Assembly: GCF_009914755.1 (NCBI RefSeq)
Contig: NC_060947.1
Source of the DNA: the human T2T-CHM13v2.0 reference genome, Homo sapiens
Strand: one strand, 5' to 3'
Length of the DNA: 64,000 nucleotides
Shown here piece by piece: positions 41,631-61,780 of this stretch (position 1 is the first letter of the stretch; every line of letters starts with the position of its first letter). A model generated the notes under the pieces. That model made no database searches. It had not been told where the DNA came from and saw only the letters and a program-made list of their open reading frames with translations. A program made the position numbers and the translations under genes.

Positions 41631-41989
41631 TTCAGTTGTTACTCTCTTCTTAGCTAAGCTGATCTATTCATTCCTCCCCATCTTATCATTTTTGCTCATT
41701 GCCCATTGCAAATTTATAGTGTTCAGGTCAGCGTAGCAATACAGTATTATAAATAGTGGTGACAGAGACAGAAAGAGACACACACTCCATTTCAGTCCTC
41801 AAGTTCTTAAACATTTGGGACTTATAGATTCTGATCCTTGGTCCTTCTTCTCTCCCAGATTCTCCCAATCTAACCTGCAGTAAAGATTCAGGTTATTTAA
41901 TATGTGCTCCTTATCTTTTGTATACTCTAAAATCTCATTTTGGTTACTGCTCAGCCTTAGTCTTATTTTATCAGACTTTATACCTCTCT

Positions 41990-42158
41990 TGATGCCCAAG
42001 ACTAGCAGCATCAGCATCCTCCAGGAACTTGTTAGAAATAAACTCTCAGGCCTCACCTCAGACCTAGGTAATCAGAAAGTCAGGGGTGGGGCCCAGCAAT
42101 CTGTGTTTTAACAGCCCTCCAGGTGATTCTGATGCACACTGAAGTTTGAGAACCATTG
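41990..42158 (+). mobile_element. MER5A MITE
   Basis: 'agcagcatcagcatc...gggtggggcccagcaatctgtgttttaac...gtttgagaaccattg'. Confidence 0.85.
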
Positions 42159-45100
42159 GTTTAAATGACTTAAAATTTCTATTCTGTCATTACTAGGGGG
42201 ATTTCTGTGTTACACAGGATGATTTTTAGCATCAAAATTTCCTTATGTGTAAATGGCTCTTTTAGTTTCTTTTCATATTTTAAAAATTCATAGACTTTTT
42301 TGAGCAGTTTTAGGTTTACAAAAAGATTGAATGGAAAGTATAGAGTTGTTATATATTCTCGAGACACCCCAGTTTCCGCTATTAACATCTTGCATGAGTG
42401 TTGTACACTTGTTAAAATTGATGGGCTAATGTTGAGACATTATTATTAAATAATAGTATAATTATAATGTATTATAACTATTATTAAATAATAGTTTAAA
42501 TATAATTATTAATGTAAACCATAGTTTACATTAGAGTTCCCTCTTTGTGTTATATACTCTATGGGTTTTGACAAGTGTATAATGACATGCATGACCATTA
42601 TAGTATCATACAGAATAGTTTCACTGCCCTAAAATTCCTCTGAGTTCTGCCTATTTATCCCCCCTCCCCCACCCTAAACCCCTGGCAACCGCTGATCATT
42701 TTTCTGTCTCCATAGTTTAGCCTTTTCCAGAATGTCATATAGTTAGAATCATACATTATGCAGCCTTTTCAGAATGGCTTATTTTACTTAGCACTATGCA
42801 TTTAAGGCTCCTCATATCTTTTCATGACTTGATAGCTCATTTCTTTTCTTTCATTTTTTTCCCCATTTATCCCATATAGTAACCAGCTTATTTCTTTTTA
42901 TCACTGCATAGTATTCCATTGTCTGGAGGCACAAAGTTTATTTATCCTCACCCACTGAAGGGCAGCTTGGTTCCTTCTACATTTTGGCAATTATGAATAA
43001 AGCTGCTATAAACGTTTGTGTGCAGGATCTTGTATGGACATAAGTTCTCAACTCACTTAAGTAAAATACCAGGAAGTGTTGCTGGATCATATGGTAAGAC
43101 TATGTTTAATTTTGTAAGAAACCACCAAACTGTCCTCCAAAGTGGCTGTACCATTTTACATTTCCATCAGCAGTGAACGAGAGTTCCTGTTACTCCATAT
43201 CCTCATCAACATTTGGTTTTGTTAGTGTTTTGGATTTTAGGCATTCTAATAGGAATGTTTTCTTATCCTTGAGCTTAAAGAGTTTCTTACTTATTTTAGA
43301 TACAATCCCTTTCTAAGATATGTCTTTTGCAAATATTTTTCCCATGTGTGATTTGCTTTTACATTCAATTAACAGTGGCTTTTGCAGAGCAGAAGTTTTT
43401 AATTATAATGAAGTCCAGTCTATCAATTTTTTCTTTCATGGATCATGCTTTTGGTGTTGTATCTAAAAGGTCACCACCAAACCTAAGATCACTTAGATTT
43501 TAGCCTACATTATTTTCTAGGAGTTTTATAGTTCTGTGTTTTACATTTAGGTCAGTCATCTATTTTGAGTTAATTTTTGTGAAAGTTGAAGACCTACCTC
43601 TAGATTCGTTTTTTTTTTTGCATGTTCATGTCCAGTTGTTTCAGTACCATTTATTGAAAAGAATATATTTGTGTCATTGTATTGCCTTTGCTCATTTGTC
43701 AAAGATCCATTGACTATATTTTTGTGGGTATATTTCTGGATTTGTTCTGTTCTATTGATCTATATTCTTATGCCATTATTACACTGTCTTGATTATTGTA
43801 GCTTTATAGTAAGCCTTGAAGTTGGATAGTGTCAGTCTTCCAGGTTTGTTCTTCTCTTTCAAAATTGTGTTGGCTATTCTGGGTCATTTGTCTCTCTGGC
43901 TAAACTTTAGAATCAGTTTGTTGATACCCACAAAATAACTTGCTGGAATTTTGATTGGAACTGCACTGAACCTGTAGATCAAGTTGGGAAAAACTTACTT
44001 CTTGACAATATTGAGTCTTCCTATCCAAGTTCATGGAATATCTATTTATTTAGATCTTTGATTTGTTTCATCTGAGTTTTGTAGTTTTCCTCATGTAGGT
44101 CTTGTACATATTTTGGTTAGTTTTATACTTAATTATTTGATTTTTAGAACTAATGTAAATAGCATTGTGTTCTGATTTTTCAAATTCCAGTTTGTCATTG
44201 CTAGTGTATGAGAAAGCAGTTGATTTTTGTATATTAACCTTATATTCTGCAACCTTGCTATAGTTACTCATTTGTTTCAGGAGTTGTTGACTCTTTGGAT
44301 TTTCTACATCGACAATCATGTCATCAGTGAAAAAAAAGTTTTTATTTCTTTCTCCCACTCTGTGTATCTTTTACTTCCCTTCCTTGTCTTTTTTGCATTA
44401 GCTAGGTCTTTCAGTATGATGTTGAAATGGGTTGGTGAGAAGGGATATCCTTGCTTTTTGCTAATGTTGCTGGAAAAGTCTTGAGTCTTGTACAATTAAA
44501 TGTTAGCTGTAGGTTTTTGTAGATGTTCTTTATCAAGTTGAAGAAGTTCCCCTCTATTCCTAGTTTAATTAGAGTTTTTATCGTGAATGGGTGTTGCGTA
44601 TTGTCAAATGTATTTTCTATGTTGATTTATATGATCATGTGATTTTTCTTCTTAAGCCTGTTAATATGCTAGATTACGCTAATTTATTTTTGAATGTTGA
44701 ACTAGCCTTCCATAACTGGGATAAATCCCACTTGGTCATGATGTACATATAATTCTTTTTATATATTCTCGTGCTCAATTTGCTAATATGTTCAGGATTT
44801 TTGCATCTATGTTCATGGGAGATATTGGTCTGTAGTTTAGCTTTCTTGTAATCTCTCCATTCAGTTTTGGTATTAGGGTAATGAATTAAGAAGGGTTCCC
44901 TTTGCTTCTATCTTCTGAAAGAGATTATAGAAAACTGGTACAATTTTGTCTTTAAATGTTTGGTAGAATACACTAGTGAATCCATCTGGGTCTAGGGCTT
45001 TCTGTCTTGGAAGTTTATTTATTAGTAGTTTAGTTTATTTAATAGATACATGTCTTTTCACATGATCTGTTTCTCCTTGCATGAGTTTTGGTAGATTGTG

Positions 45101-45381
45101 TATTTCAAGGAGAATTGATCCATTTCATCTGAATTAATCAAATTTGTGGGCATCAAATTGTTAATATTCCTTTATTATCTTTTTAATGACCATATGATCG
45201 ATAGTGATGGTCTCTATTTTATTTTTTCCTTAATTATTTTTACATTGACATGTAATTATACATATTTGTGGGGTACACAGTGACATTTTAATACATACAA
45301 TGTATCACAATCAGATCACGGTATTATTTTGTAATACCAAAATACAAAAAGTAATTTGTGCCTTCTGTCTTTCATGCTTAC

Positions 45382-45412
<31 letters not shown>

Positions 45413-45618
45413 TATTATACTCTAAGTTTTAGGGTACATGTGCACATTGTGCAGGTTAGTTACATATGTATACATGTGCCATGCTGGTGCGCTGCACCCA
45501 CTAATGTGTCATCTAGCATTAGGTATATCTCCCAATGCTATCCCTCCCCCCTCCCCCGACCCCACCACAGTCCCCAGAGTGTGATATTCCCCTTCCTGTG
45601 TCCATGTGATCTCATTGT

Positions 45619-49443
<3,825 letters not shown>

Positions 49444-49506
49444 TATGATGTTAGTTGGTTATTTTGCTCATTAGTTGATGCAGTTTCTTCCTAGTCTCGA
49501 TGGTCT

Positions 49507-50523
49507 TTACATTTTGGCATGATTTTGCAGCGGCTGGTACCGGTTGTTCCTTTCCATGTTTAGCGCTTCCTTCAGGAGCTCTTTTAGGGCAGGCCTGGTG
49601 GTGACAAAATCTCTCAGCATTTGCTTGTCTATAAAGTATTTTATTTCTCCTTCACTTATGAAGCTTAGTTTGGCTGGATATGAAATTCTGGGTTGAAAAT
49701 TCTTTTCTTTAAGAATGTTGAATATTGGCCCCCACTCTCTTCTGGCTTGTAGGGTTTCTGCCGAGAGATCCGCTGTTAGTCTGATGGGCTTTCCTTTGAG
49801 GGTAACCCGACCTTTCTCTCTGGCTGCCCTTAACATTTTTTCCTTCATTTCAACTTTGGTGAATCTGACAATTATGTGTCTTGGAGTTGCTCTTCTCGAG
49901 GAGTGTCTTTGTGGCGTTCTCTGTATTTCCTGAATCTGAACGTTGGCCTGCCTTGCTAGATTGGGGAAGTTCTCCTGGATAATATCCTGCAGAGTGTTTT
50001 CCAACTTGGTTCCATTCTCCACATCACTTTCAGGTACACCAATCAGACGTAGATTTGGTCTTTTCACATAGTCCCATATTTCTTGGAGGCTTTGCTCATT
50101 TCTTTTTATTCTTTTTTCTCTAAACTTCCCTTCTCGCTTCATTTCATTCATTTCATCTTCCATTGCTGATACCCTTTCTTCCAGTTGATCGCATCGGCTC
50201 CCGAGGCTTCTGCATTCTTCACGTAGTTCTCGAGCCTTGGTTTTCAGCTCCATCAGCTCCTTTAAGCACTTCTCTGTATTGGTTATTCTAGTTATACATT
50301 CTTCTAAATTTTTTTTAAAGTTTTCAACTTCTTTGCCTTTGGTTTGAATGTCCTCCCGTAGCTCAGAGTAATTTGATCGTCTGAAGCCTTCTTCTCTCAG
50401 CTCGTCAAAATCATTCTCCATCCAGCTTTGTTCCATTGCTGGTGAGGAACTGCGTTCCTTTGGAGGAGGAGAGGCGCTCTGCGTTTCAGAGTTTCCAGTT
50501 TTTCTGTTCTGTTTTTTCCCCAT
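49507..50523 (-). CDS. L1 ORF1p, intact 338 aa
   Basis: MGKKQNRKTGNS...YQPLQNHAKM, full canonical length. Confidence 0.95.
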   Translation of the reverse strand: MGKKQNRKTGNSETQSASPPPKERSSSPAMEQSWMENDFDELREEGFRRSNYSELREDIQTKGKEVENFKKNLEECITRITNTEKCLKELMELKTKARELREECRSLGSRCDQLEERVSAMEDEMNEMKREGKFREKRIKRNEQSLQEIWDYVKRPNLRLIGVPESDVENGTKLENTLQDIIQENFPNLARQANVQIQEIQRTPQRHSSRRATPRHIIVRFTKVEMKEKMLRAAREKGRVTLKGKPIRLTADLSAETLQARREWGPIFNILKEKNFQPRISYPAKLSFISEGEIKYFIDKQMLRDFVTTRPALKELLKEALNMERNNRYQPLQNHAKM

Positions 50524-51429
50524 CTTTGTGGTTTTATCTACTTTTGGTCTTTGATGATGGTGATGTACAGATGGGTTTTCGGTGTAGATGTCCTTTCTGG
50601 TTGTTAGTTTTCCTTCTAACAGACAGGACCCTCAGCTGCAGGTCTGTTGGAATACCCTGCCGTGTGAGGTGTCAGTGTGCCCCTGCTGGGGGGTGCCTCC
50701 CAGTTAGGCTGCTCGGGGGTCAGGGGTCAGGGACCCACTTGAGGAGGCAGTCTGCCCGTTCTCAGATCTCCAGCTGCGTGCTGGGAGAACCACTGCTCTC
50801 TTCAAAGCTGTCAGACAGGGACACTTAAGTCTGCAGAGGTTACTGCTGTCTTTTTGTTTGTCTGTGCCCTGCCCCCAGAGGTGGAGCCTACAGAGGCAGG
50901 CAGGCCTCCTTGAGCTGTGGTGGGCTCCACCCAGTTCGAGCTTCCCCGCTGCTTTGTTTACCTAAGCAAGCCTGGGCAATGGCGGGCGCCCCTCCCCCAG
51001 CCTCGTTGCCGCCTTGCAGTTTGATCTCAGACTGCTGTGCTAGCAATCAGCGAGATTCCGTGGGCGTAGGACCCTCTGAGCCAGGTGTGGGATATAGTCT
51101 CGTGGTGCGCCGTTTCTTAAGCCGGTCTGAAAAGCGCAATATTCGGGTGGGAGTGACCCGATTTTCCAGGTGCGTCCGTCACCCCTTTCTTTGACTCGGA
51201 AAGGGAACTCCCTGACCCCTTGCGCTTCCCAGGTGAGGCAATGCCTCGCCCTGCTTCGGCTCGCGCACGGTGCGCGCACACACTGGCCTGCGCCCACTGT
51301 CTGGCACTCCCTAGTGAGATGAACCCGGTACCTCAGATGGAAATGCAGAAATCACCCGTCTTCTGCGTCGCTCACGCTGGGAGCTGTAGACCGGAGCTGT
51401 TCCTATTCGGCCATCTTGGCTCCTCCCCC
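50524..51429 (-). promoter_or_regulatory. L1 5'UTR: CpG-rich sense promoter, YY1 site and antisense promoter
   Basis: High CpG density ~50930-51420; YY1 motif AAGATGGCC (51409-51417, - strand). Confidence 0.9.
50979..51194 (+). CDS. L1 ORF0 (71 aa, antisense to L1)
   Basis: MAGAPPPASLPPCSLISDCCASNQRDSVGVGPSEPG...RHPFL, open from ATG at 50979. Confidence 0.85.
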   Translation: MAGAPPPASLPPCSLISDCCASNQRDSVGVGPSEPGVGYSLVVRRFLSRSEKRNIRVGVTRFSRCVRHPFL

Positions 51430-51691
51430 TACATTAGCCCCTTTTCATAACTTTTCTTACAACTTTCACAATCTTCAACATGCCTTAACTTTCTGCCTTC
51501 CTTTTACACTCTTCGTTTTCGTAGTTTCACCTTCTGTGTCTTTCTTTGATTTCTGTCTCTTCCAGTTTCTCTCTTACTTACTCTTTCCATCTATTTATCT
51601 CTCTCTCATTTGCACTCTGTTTCTCTCTCTCTCTCTGTCATCCCGTTTCCTTTTCCCCTCCTGAGTTCTCTGGCTCCCACCACCGGCAGGC
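51430..51691 (-). mobile_element. 262-bp non-L1 segment inside the L1HS TSDs (putative 5' transduction)
   Basis: TSD ctttcatgcttactt at 45369-45383 recurs at 51692-51706, not at the L1 5' end. Confidence 0.85.
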
Positions 51692-52894
51692 CTTTCATGC
51701 TTACTTAACCGGGCTAGAGGTTTATCAATTTTATTGATCTTTTCAACGAGCCAGCTTTTGGTTTTGTTGACTTTCTCTGTTGATGTCCTGTTTTCAGTTT
51801 CATTGATTTCTGCTCTAAGTTTTATTACTTCTTCTCTTCTGCTTACTTTGGATTCAATTCTTTTAATTTTTTTAGTTACCTAAGGTGGAGGCTTAGATTA
51901 TTGATTATAGATCTTTCTTCTTTATTAATATATGCATTCAATACTATAAATATCCCTCTAAGCACTGGTTTCACTGCATCCCACAAATTTTGATAAGTGG
52001 TTTCTTCATTTTCATTTAGTTCAAAATGTTTTTTAATTTTTCTTTAGACTTCTTTAACCCATGTGATATTTAGAAGAGTGTTTAATCTCCAAGTATTTGA
52101 GTTTTCAAGCTTTGTCTTACTGATTTCTAGTCTAATTCCATTGTCCTCTGAGAGCATACTTTGCATGATTTCTGTTCTTTTAAATTTGTTAAAGTATGTT
52201 TTATGGCTCAAATGTTTTCTGTCTTAGTGAATGTTCTGTGTGAGCTTGAGAAGAATATGTATTCTGCTGTTGTTAAATGAAGTGTTTTATAGACATCAAC
52301 TTGATCTAGTTGATGGATGATGCTGTTCGGTTTACCTGTGTCTTTACTGATCTTCTGTCTGCTGTATCTGTCAATTACTAATAGAGGGGTGGTGAAGTCT
52401 CCAACTATAATAGTACATTCATCTATTTCTCCTTGTATCTCTATCAGTTTTTGCCTCATATGTTGACGCTGTTGTTAGGTGCTTATTTATTAGAGATTAT
52501 TATGTGTTTTTAGAGTATTGACCCCTTTATCATTATGCAGTACCCCTCTTTATCGCTGATAATTTTCCCTGCTGTGAAGTCTGCTCTGTCTGAAATTAAT
52601 ATACCTACTCCACATTTGTTTTGACTAGTAGTAGCATGTTATGTCTATCTCTGTATTCTTGAAGAGATTTCTGAAGATGTCTGCTGTAATTCTGTCCTTG
52701 CTCCTCCATAGGTAAAAGGTAAGGTATTTGTTTTACCCCGGCAACTTTGAAGATTTTTTTCCTTTGATTTTCTGCAGTTTGGATATGATATGCGTAGGTA
52801 TAGATTTTTTTGTATTCATCCTCCTTAGTGTTCTGTGAGCTTCCTGCCTGGACCTGTGGTTTGGTATCTGTCATTAATTTGGAACAATTCTTAG

Positions 52895-53240
<346 letters not shown>

Positions 53241-55087
53241 TTCTTGTATTTCTTTCTTCTCCTTCTGGTATTCCAGTTATATGTCTTTTGTAATTGTTCC
53301 ACAGTCCTTGGACATTCTGTTCCTTTTCCATTTTCTTTCTCTTTGAATTTCAGTTTCAGAAGTTTCTGTTGCTATTTCTTCCAGCTTGCTCATTCTTTCT
53401 CTGCTGTGTCCAATTTATTGATGAATCAATCAAAGGCATTCTTTATTTCTGTTATGGTGTTTTTGATTTCTAGCATTTCCTTTTGATTCTTTCTTAAGAT
53501 TTCCATCTCTCTGCTTACATTACTCATCTGCTCTTGCGTGTTGTCCACTTTTTCCATTAGGGCCTTTAGCATATTAAACGTATTTTAAATTGCTGTTATA
53601 ATAATTCCAACATTCCTTCCATGTCTGACTCTTTATCTTCATGCAGTGTTTTTTTTTTTTTTTGTCCTTTAGTATACCTTGTATTTTTTTGTTGAAAGCT
53701 AGACATGATATACTAGGTAAAAGTGACTGAGGTAAATAGACCTTTAGTATAAGGTTTATGTTTATCTGGATAGGAGTTAGGCTGTGTTTACATTTGTTGT
53801 AACTAAATGTGTCAGAGGCTAAGATTTCCACTAGTGTCTGTTTTTGACTGTTGTGTATTTGGGTTTCCATTTCCCTAGAGACTTCTTAACTAAATTTAAA
53901 AGGTACAGTTCTTTCAGTCATATTCCCCTGTTATTATACAGGATCTCTATAGAAGTAATGATAAAATGTTGAGAGAATGGAAGCATTCTGTAGTCATATG
54001 ATTAGGTTTCAGTTTTTTAGTGAGCCTGTGCCCTCAGTTATGACTTTGAAAAGTGCTTCTCCCTTTCGTTTTGTTTTTTCCCCACTTAGGTAAGATAGAA
54101 AGGCTGGTGGGAGATAGAATTAGATACTGACTTTTTCCCAAGTTGATTAGGCCCTGGTAAAATAGTTTTTCATGAAGGTATGCCTTATAAGAAAAACCAA
54201 ATGCTCTGGTTATAATTGTAAAATGACTGTTTCCCCTCCCCCTGCTGGAAGCAGAAAGAGCTTTTTCTCTGATCTTCACTGTAAGAACAAGAATGTTTTA
54301 GGACTCCTGGAGGTAAAACTCTTCAAAGTGTGAGGTCCCCCTAAGACTGGGCTCCCTGGAGTTTTTAAGCTTTTGAGCTTATCCACACTCAGCCTCCTCA
54401 GTTATAGTTAGGTTTTCCTACCCCAGAGAACCTAAACTGTAAGTTTCTGTTTGTGTTCCTATGGAGGTTTCTGTTCATGTAAGCTATGAGTCTGTATCCA
54501 TCTGTCTCTTTCTCTAATTTTGGGGGAAGCAGTTTGCCCTGTGATCTCAGTTCTCTGATGGAGCTGAGAAGAGTTGTTGATTTCCAGTTTGTATTGTGGG
54601 GATGGGAGTGATGACTTCCAAGCTTCTTTTACAGTGGACTTGAAACTGGAAGTCATACTTTGATTTTTACTTGGATATTTGCATCCACCTTTTCCTTAGC
54701 CTTTATCAGTGATGATGCAGATATGTCCTTTTTCTGTTCCTTTCACTTCATTTTATTGCATACATTCCCTGATGCAAGAAGTTATTTCTTTATTTTAGTA
54801 TATATGAATTAATCAATTTTTTGTCTTTCTGGATCAGAACTAATTTTGTCTGTTCACATCTGGGACAAATATACTATTCTATGTTTTTTAAAAAATCAAC
54901 TTTTAAAAAACCCATCTGGAATGTTTGCACTGTGGTACATGTTGTAATTCTATATTCCCCATTTCGATACCAAGCGATTCCTCAACTATTTACTAAAAAG
55001 TGAGTATTTCCTTATATTTGTGTTGCTTCTGATTTAGCAACTATTAAGTTCAAATAGTTTGGATCCATTGCTAAACTTTCTATTCTT

Positions 55088-55887
55088 TTTTTTTATTTAA
55101 GTTTTAGGGTACATGTGCACAACGTGCAGGTTTGTTACATATGTATACATGTGTCATGTTGGTGTGCTGCACCCATTAACTTGTCATTTAGCATTAGGTA
55201 TATCTCCTAATGCTATCTCTCCCCCCTCCCCCGACCCCACAACAGTCCACGGTGTGTGATGTTCCCCTTCCTGTGTCCATGTGTTCTCTTTGTTCAATTC
55301 CCACCTATGAGTGAGAACATGCGGTGTTTGGTTGTTTGTCCTTGCAATAGTTTGCTGAGAATGATGGTTTCCAGCTTCATCCATGTCCCTACAAAGGACA
55401 TGAACTCATCATTTTTTATGGCTGCATAGTATTCCATGGTGTATATGTGCCACATTTTCTTAATCCAGTCTGTCATTGTTGGACATTTGGGTTGGTTCCA
55501 ATGAACAGACACTTCTCAAAAGAAGACATTTATATGCAGCCAAAAAACACATGAAAAAAGCTCACCATCACTGGCCATCAGAGAAATGCAAATCAAAACC
55601 ACAATGAGATACCATCTCACACCAGTTAGAATGGCAATCATTAAAAAGTCAGGAAACAACAGGTGCTGGAGAGGATGTAGAGAAATAGGAACACTTTTAC
55701 ACTGTTGGTGGGACTGTAAAGTAGTTCAACCGTTGTGGAAGTTGGTGTGGCGATTCCTCAGGGATCTAGAAATAGAAATACCATTTGACCCAGCCATCCC
55801 ATTACTGGGTATATACCCAAAGGATTATAAATCATGCTGCTATAAAGACACATGCACACATATGTTTATTGCGGCACTATTCACAAT
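55088..55887 (-). mobile_element. L1PA4-like truncated insertion with 5' inversion
   Basis: - strand 3' part to ~55501, + strand ORF2 part ~55501-55887; TSD aactttctattctt at 55074-55087 and 55888-55901. Confidence 0.92.
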
Positions 55888-57353
55888 AACTTTCTATTCT
55901 TACCCCAGTGCCATAAGGTTTTGATGATTGCTTCTTTGTAGAAGACCAAAATCTACAGATAAATTTGCCATATTTACATTTAAGGAAATACATATACTAG
56001 TATCTGTGTCTACTTATTCTTCTAGATGAATATCACTACCAGTCTGTCAAGTTATATAAAAGATGCCACGGGGACTTTAGATTAATATATAGATGTAACA
56101 TAATTCAAATTAGAGTCTATTTCATTCTTGCTATATTTAGACTTTCCAATCAAGAGCATAATACATCTCTGTTGATTTATATCTTCCTTTTTTCATTCTT
56201 ATTTGTCTTTTTATAAATTTTAAAGTAATACTGTGTTTCAGTATGTCTCCATCATATATGAATTCTTTTATCATTATATTTTCTAGTTCTATGGTTATAT
56301 GTAGGAATGCAGTTTTTAGTAGATTTACCTCCTAATTTATGAGTTCATATATTACTTTTGGCTATTTTTAGTTGGTATTTTTGTAGTTGTATAGGTATGC
56401 ATTCATGTAATCCAAACTGGAATACCATATATCTTCCTTTTCTATACGCATTCCTCATTTTTGTCCTTTTAAAGCTTTTCTTGTACCGTGTTAAATATAA
56501 TTGGCAACAAGAAGTATCATGCCTTCCTGTATTAAGGGGAATGGTATTTGCTTCTTGGTTTTTTAATTTAGATATTCTACATCATGTCAAGAAAGAAATC
56601 CTCTACATGGAACATTTTAAACTTTTAAATACAGAATGACTGTAAATTTAAAAATCAATTCCTGACATCTGTTGAGATAAGATAATTATGGATTTAAAAT
56701 TTTTATCTGTTAATCTGATAACTTATGTTGGTAGTTTCCCATGTGATACCGGTCTTGCATTCCTGGAATAATTCCTTCTTATATATAGCAGGCAAATCTT
56801 TCAAGGTGATGCTATATTTAGTTTGTTAAAGTTTTATTTAGGAGTTTTGCATGTATGTTCCAAAGTGAAAGTGATCTTTACATTTCTAGTGTTGTCTTCG
56901 TCAGGCCTGGTAGACCCTTGTCCTTGATCCTCCAGGGTGCTTCTCTACACTTCACATTTATGACACTCTTGAAAGCCTGTATAACAGGGTATTTCTTATC
57001 ATATCTGAAGAATCTCTGAGATAGCACCAAAGAAAAGCTGATTAGCTAAGGGAACATAGCATATTATTGTTTTAATTTTAATTTACCTGAATTTTTAAAG
57101 CCATTAAAAAACAAATTATCTACCAATGTATTTTGCCTATTCATCTATTAGAATCCAATTTTAATGATTCAAACAATCTCTCTCTATAGGCTGTTACTCC
57201 TTTGGGCGAATTTACAGAAAATATTAGTTTATTTGCTTCACTTTCCCAGCTGTCCACATGGTCTCTTCTGACTGGTTTGTCCTCTTCCTCTTTCTCATCA
57301 ACTGTGGGTGTTGCCCAAGTACAATTTGTCCATGCTGAGTTCTTTCTTTACTT

Positions 57354-59812
<2,459 letters not shown>

Positions 59813-60799
59813 GCTCTGGTATTGTCTGTTCAGAGTCCTCACCTTTTTCTCATAACCCCTACTCGTCTGTAGGAATAACTCCCAGATGAAGACTACTCTG
59901 TAAGAAGAAGCACTACTATTTCCTCCTGGAATTCTAGCCTGAAATGTCTGAAATTCTAACAGGTGGAGAAAGTGCTATGGGTTAAGAATTAGTCCAAGCC
60001 TCTGAAATAAGCACGTTCTATGGCACTCAGAGATTAACATGCAAGATTTGCATTTGATTTCCATTTCTCAAAATAAAGTAACTAAAACTGGAAATGGAGT
60101 ATAAGCTAGATTATTTTCTGAGCCCTCGCTTTGTGTCAGGCACTTGGGAGCACAGATTTCAGTAACTCTGTCCTTGAGTAGCTCAAAGTATAGTGGGTAG
60201 ACAGAAGGTGATTTTATGTGTGTGTCAGCTCCTATTGCTTTCGCTGCTTTACTTCGGATTGTCTTAATGTTTTATTTTAAATGATATGACAATACTTGTA
60301 TGTTCGTTAATTGTATAATGCATCTCTAATCCCCTTCTTCCTCTTGCATTCTCCCTTTTCTGTGTTTGCAGTATCCGGCATATATTACTTACCCAGAATG
60401 CCATGTATAGGTCAACAGATACTTTTGTGGAGCAAAAATAAGAAAGAAATAGAAAAGTTTATTGTTTCTCTGTGCTTGCTAGCAGTGAAATATGTGACAT
60501 GCTTTGTATTTTCATTTGTGGGGTCGTGTGTGTCAGCCCACCTGTTGTTTTATACATTTGTTTTTGCCAAATGGGTTAGTTGAGATGGTATTAATTTATT
60601 TGAACCAACACATGTCAATGTCACTAGTAAAACAGGATGCCAGTAAGCCATACCACAAACTAGCACCATCCTGTCCACCCCCACCAAGGGCCCTTGCCTT
60701 GATCTTAGTACAATTATTGGGAGTGTGTACTCTTCCTTCCCTTTTCCTTCTTTCTCCTCCAACCTAAATCACCTACATTGAAATTGGAAATGGCAAACT

Positions 60800-61230
60800 G
60801 CCTTACCAGCCCTTTCCTCCTCTTCTCTTCCAGACTACTCCTGCCACACTTACCTCCTAAAATGATGTTTTTATCATGTTGCTCCTCAAAAACCTCAGTG
60901 ACTCCATTGACTTACCAGGTCCTTCATGACCTGTCTCTATCCATTTGTTCATAGACACCTTCCTTGTCTTCTAGCCAAGCACGAATGCCACCTTCATTCT
61001 CATCTTCAAGTCTTTGGCCATTTTGTTTCTTGGTCCTGGAATACCCTCTCTCCTCCCTGAAGTCTCTAGCTAGCAATCTCCCATTCCATTTTCTGAATGC
61101 CAATTGTAACAATTTAACACCTAGCTGCTGTGTAATTGCATGGTGTGAAGGTTTTCTTCCCAACTAGATCATAAATTCCTTGAGAGTAATGATGAAGTAA
61201 TAAACTCTTTTTATCTCCCTAATTCCCTTC
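60800..61230 (+). mobile_element. L2 fragment
   Basis: 'aaaacctcagtgactccattg...gtcctggaataccctct...caactagatcataaattccttgagag'. Confidence 0.55.
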
Positions 61231-61321
61231 CCTCATAGGGCAAGGTAAAGATTTATTGAGTGTCAGCCATATAAATATGTTGATTACCTCTTAACCCTTC
61301 CTCCCCAACTGGAATACTCCT

Positions 61322-61780
61322 CAGTAAGCATTTATTGAACACCTACTCTGAGACAACACTGGAGTTGCCAGAACAATGGAAGTGAGAAGGACATGGTGTA
61401 GTCACAAGACTCAAGTAGAAGAGATTATGCAGTCAACATAGATATGTGAACAAAGGGAATGTTGAGAGGAAAGCCTATTTGAGCTGGCCCTAGGTATGTT
61501 GAATGGGGTTTTACCATACTGAAAAAAGAATGGAGGTGGGGGTGGGTGGGATTCCACATAGGGCAGCTTGCCTGAGCACAGGCATGGAGGCCTGAAAGTA
61601 CGTGGCCTAGGTAGGGTATAACAAATTTGTGGCAAGAGATAAGTCTGTTGGTGTGGATGGGATCCAGATTTGATAGGGCACTGAATGCCATACAAAGAAG
61701 TTTTAAACTTAACTCTCTACGCATGGGGAACCAGCTTATAATTTTAAGCAAGAAAGTGACAAAGGGCATACAAGCTTTGT
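61322..61780 (-). mobile_element. L2 3' end
   Basis: 'aagcatttattgaacacctactctgagacaacactg...tgaatgccatacaaagaagttttaaactt'. Confidence 0.6.

Noticed and set aside
61538-61563. G-tract cluster
   Set aside because: Lies in a decayed L2 with a long loop; such motifs are common.
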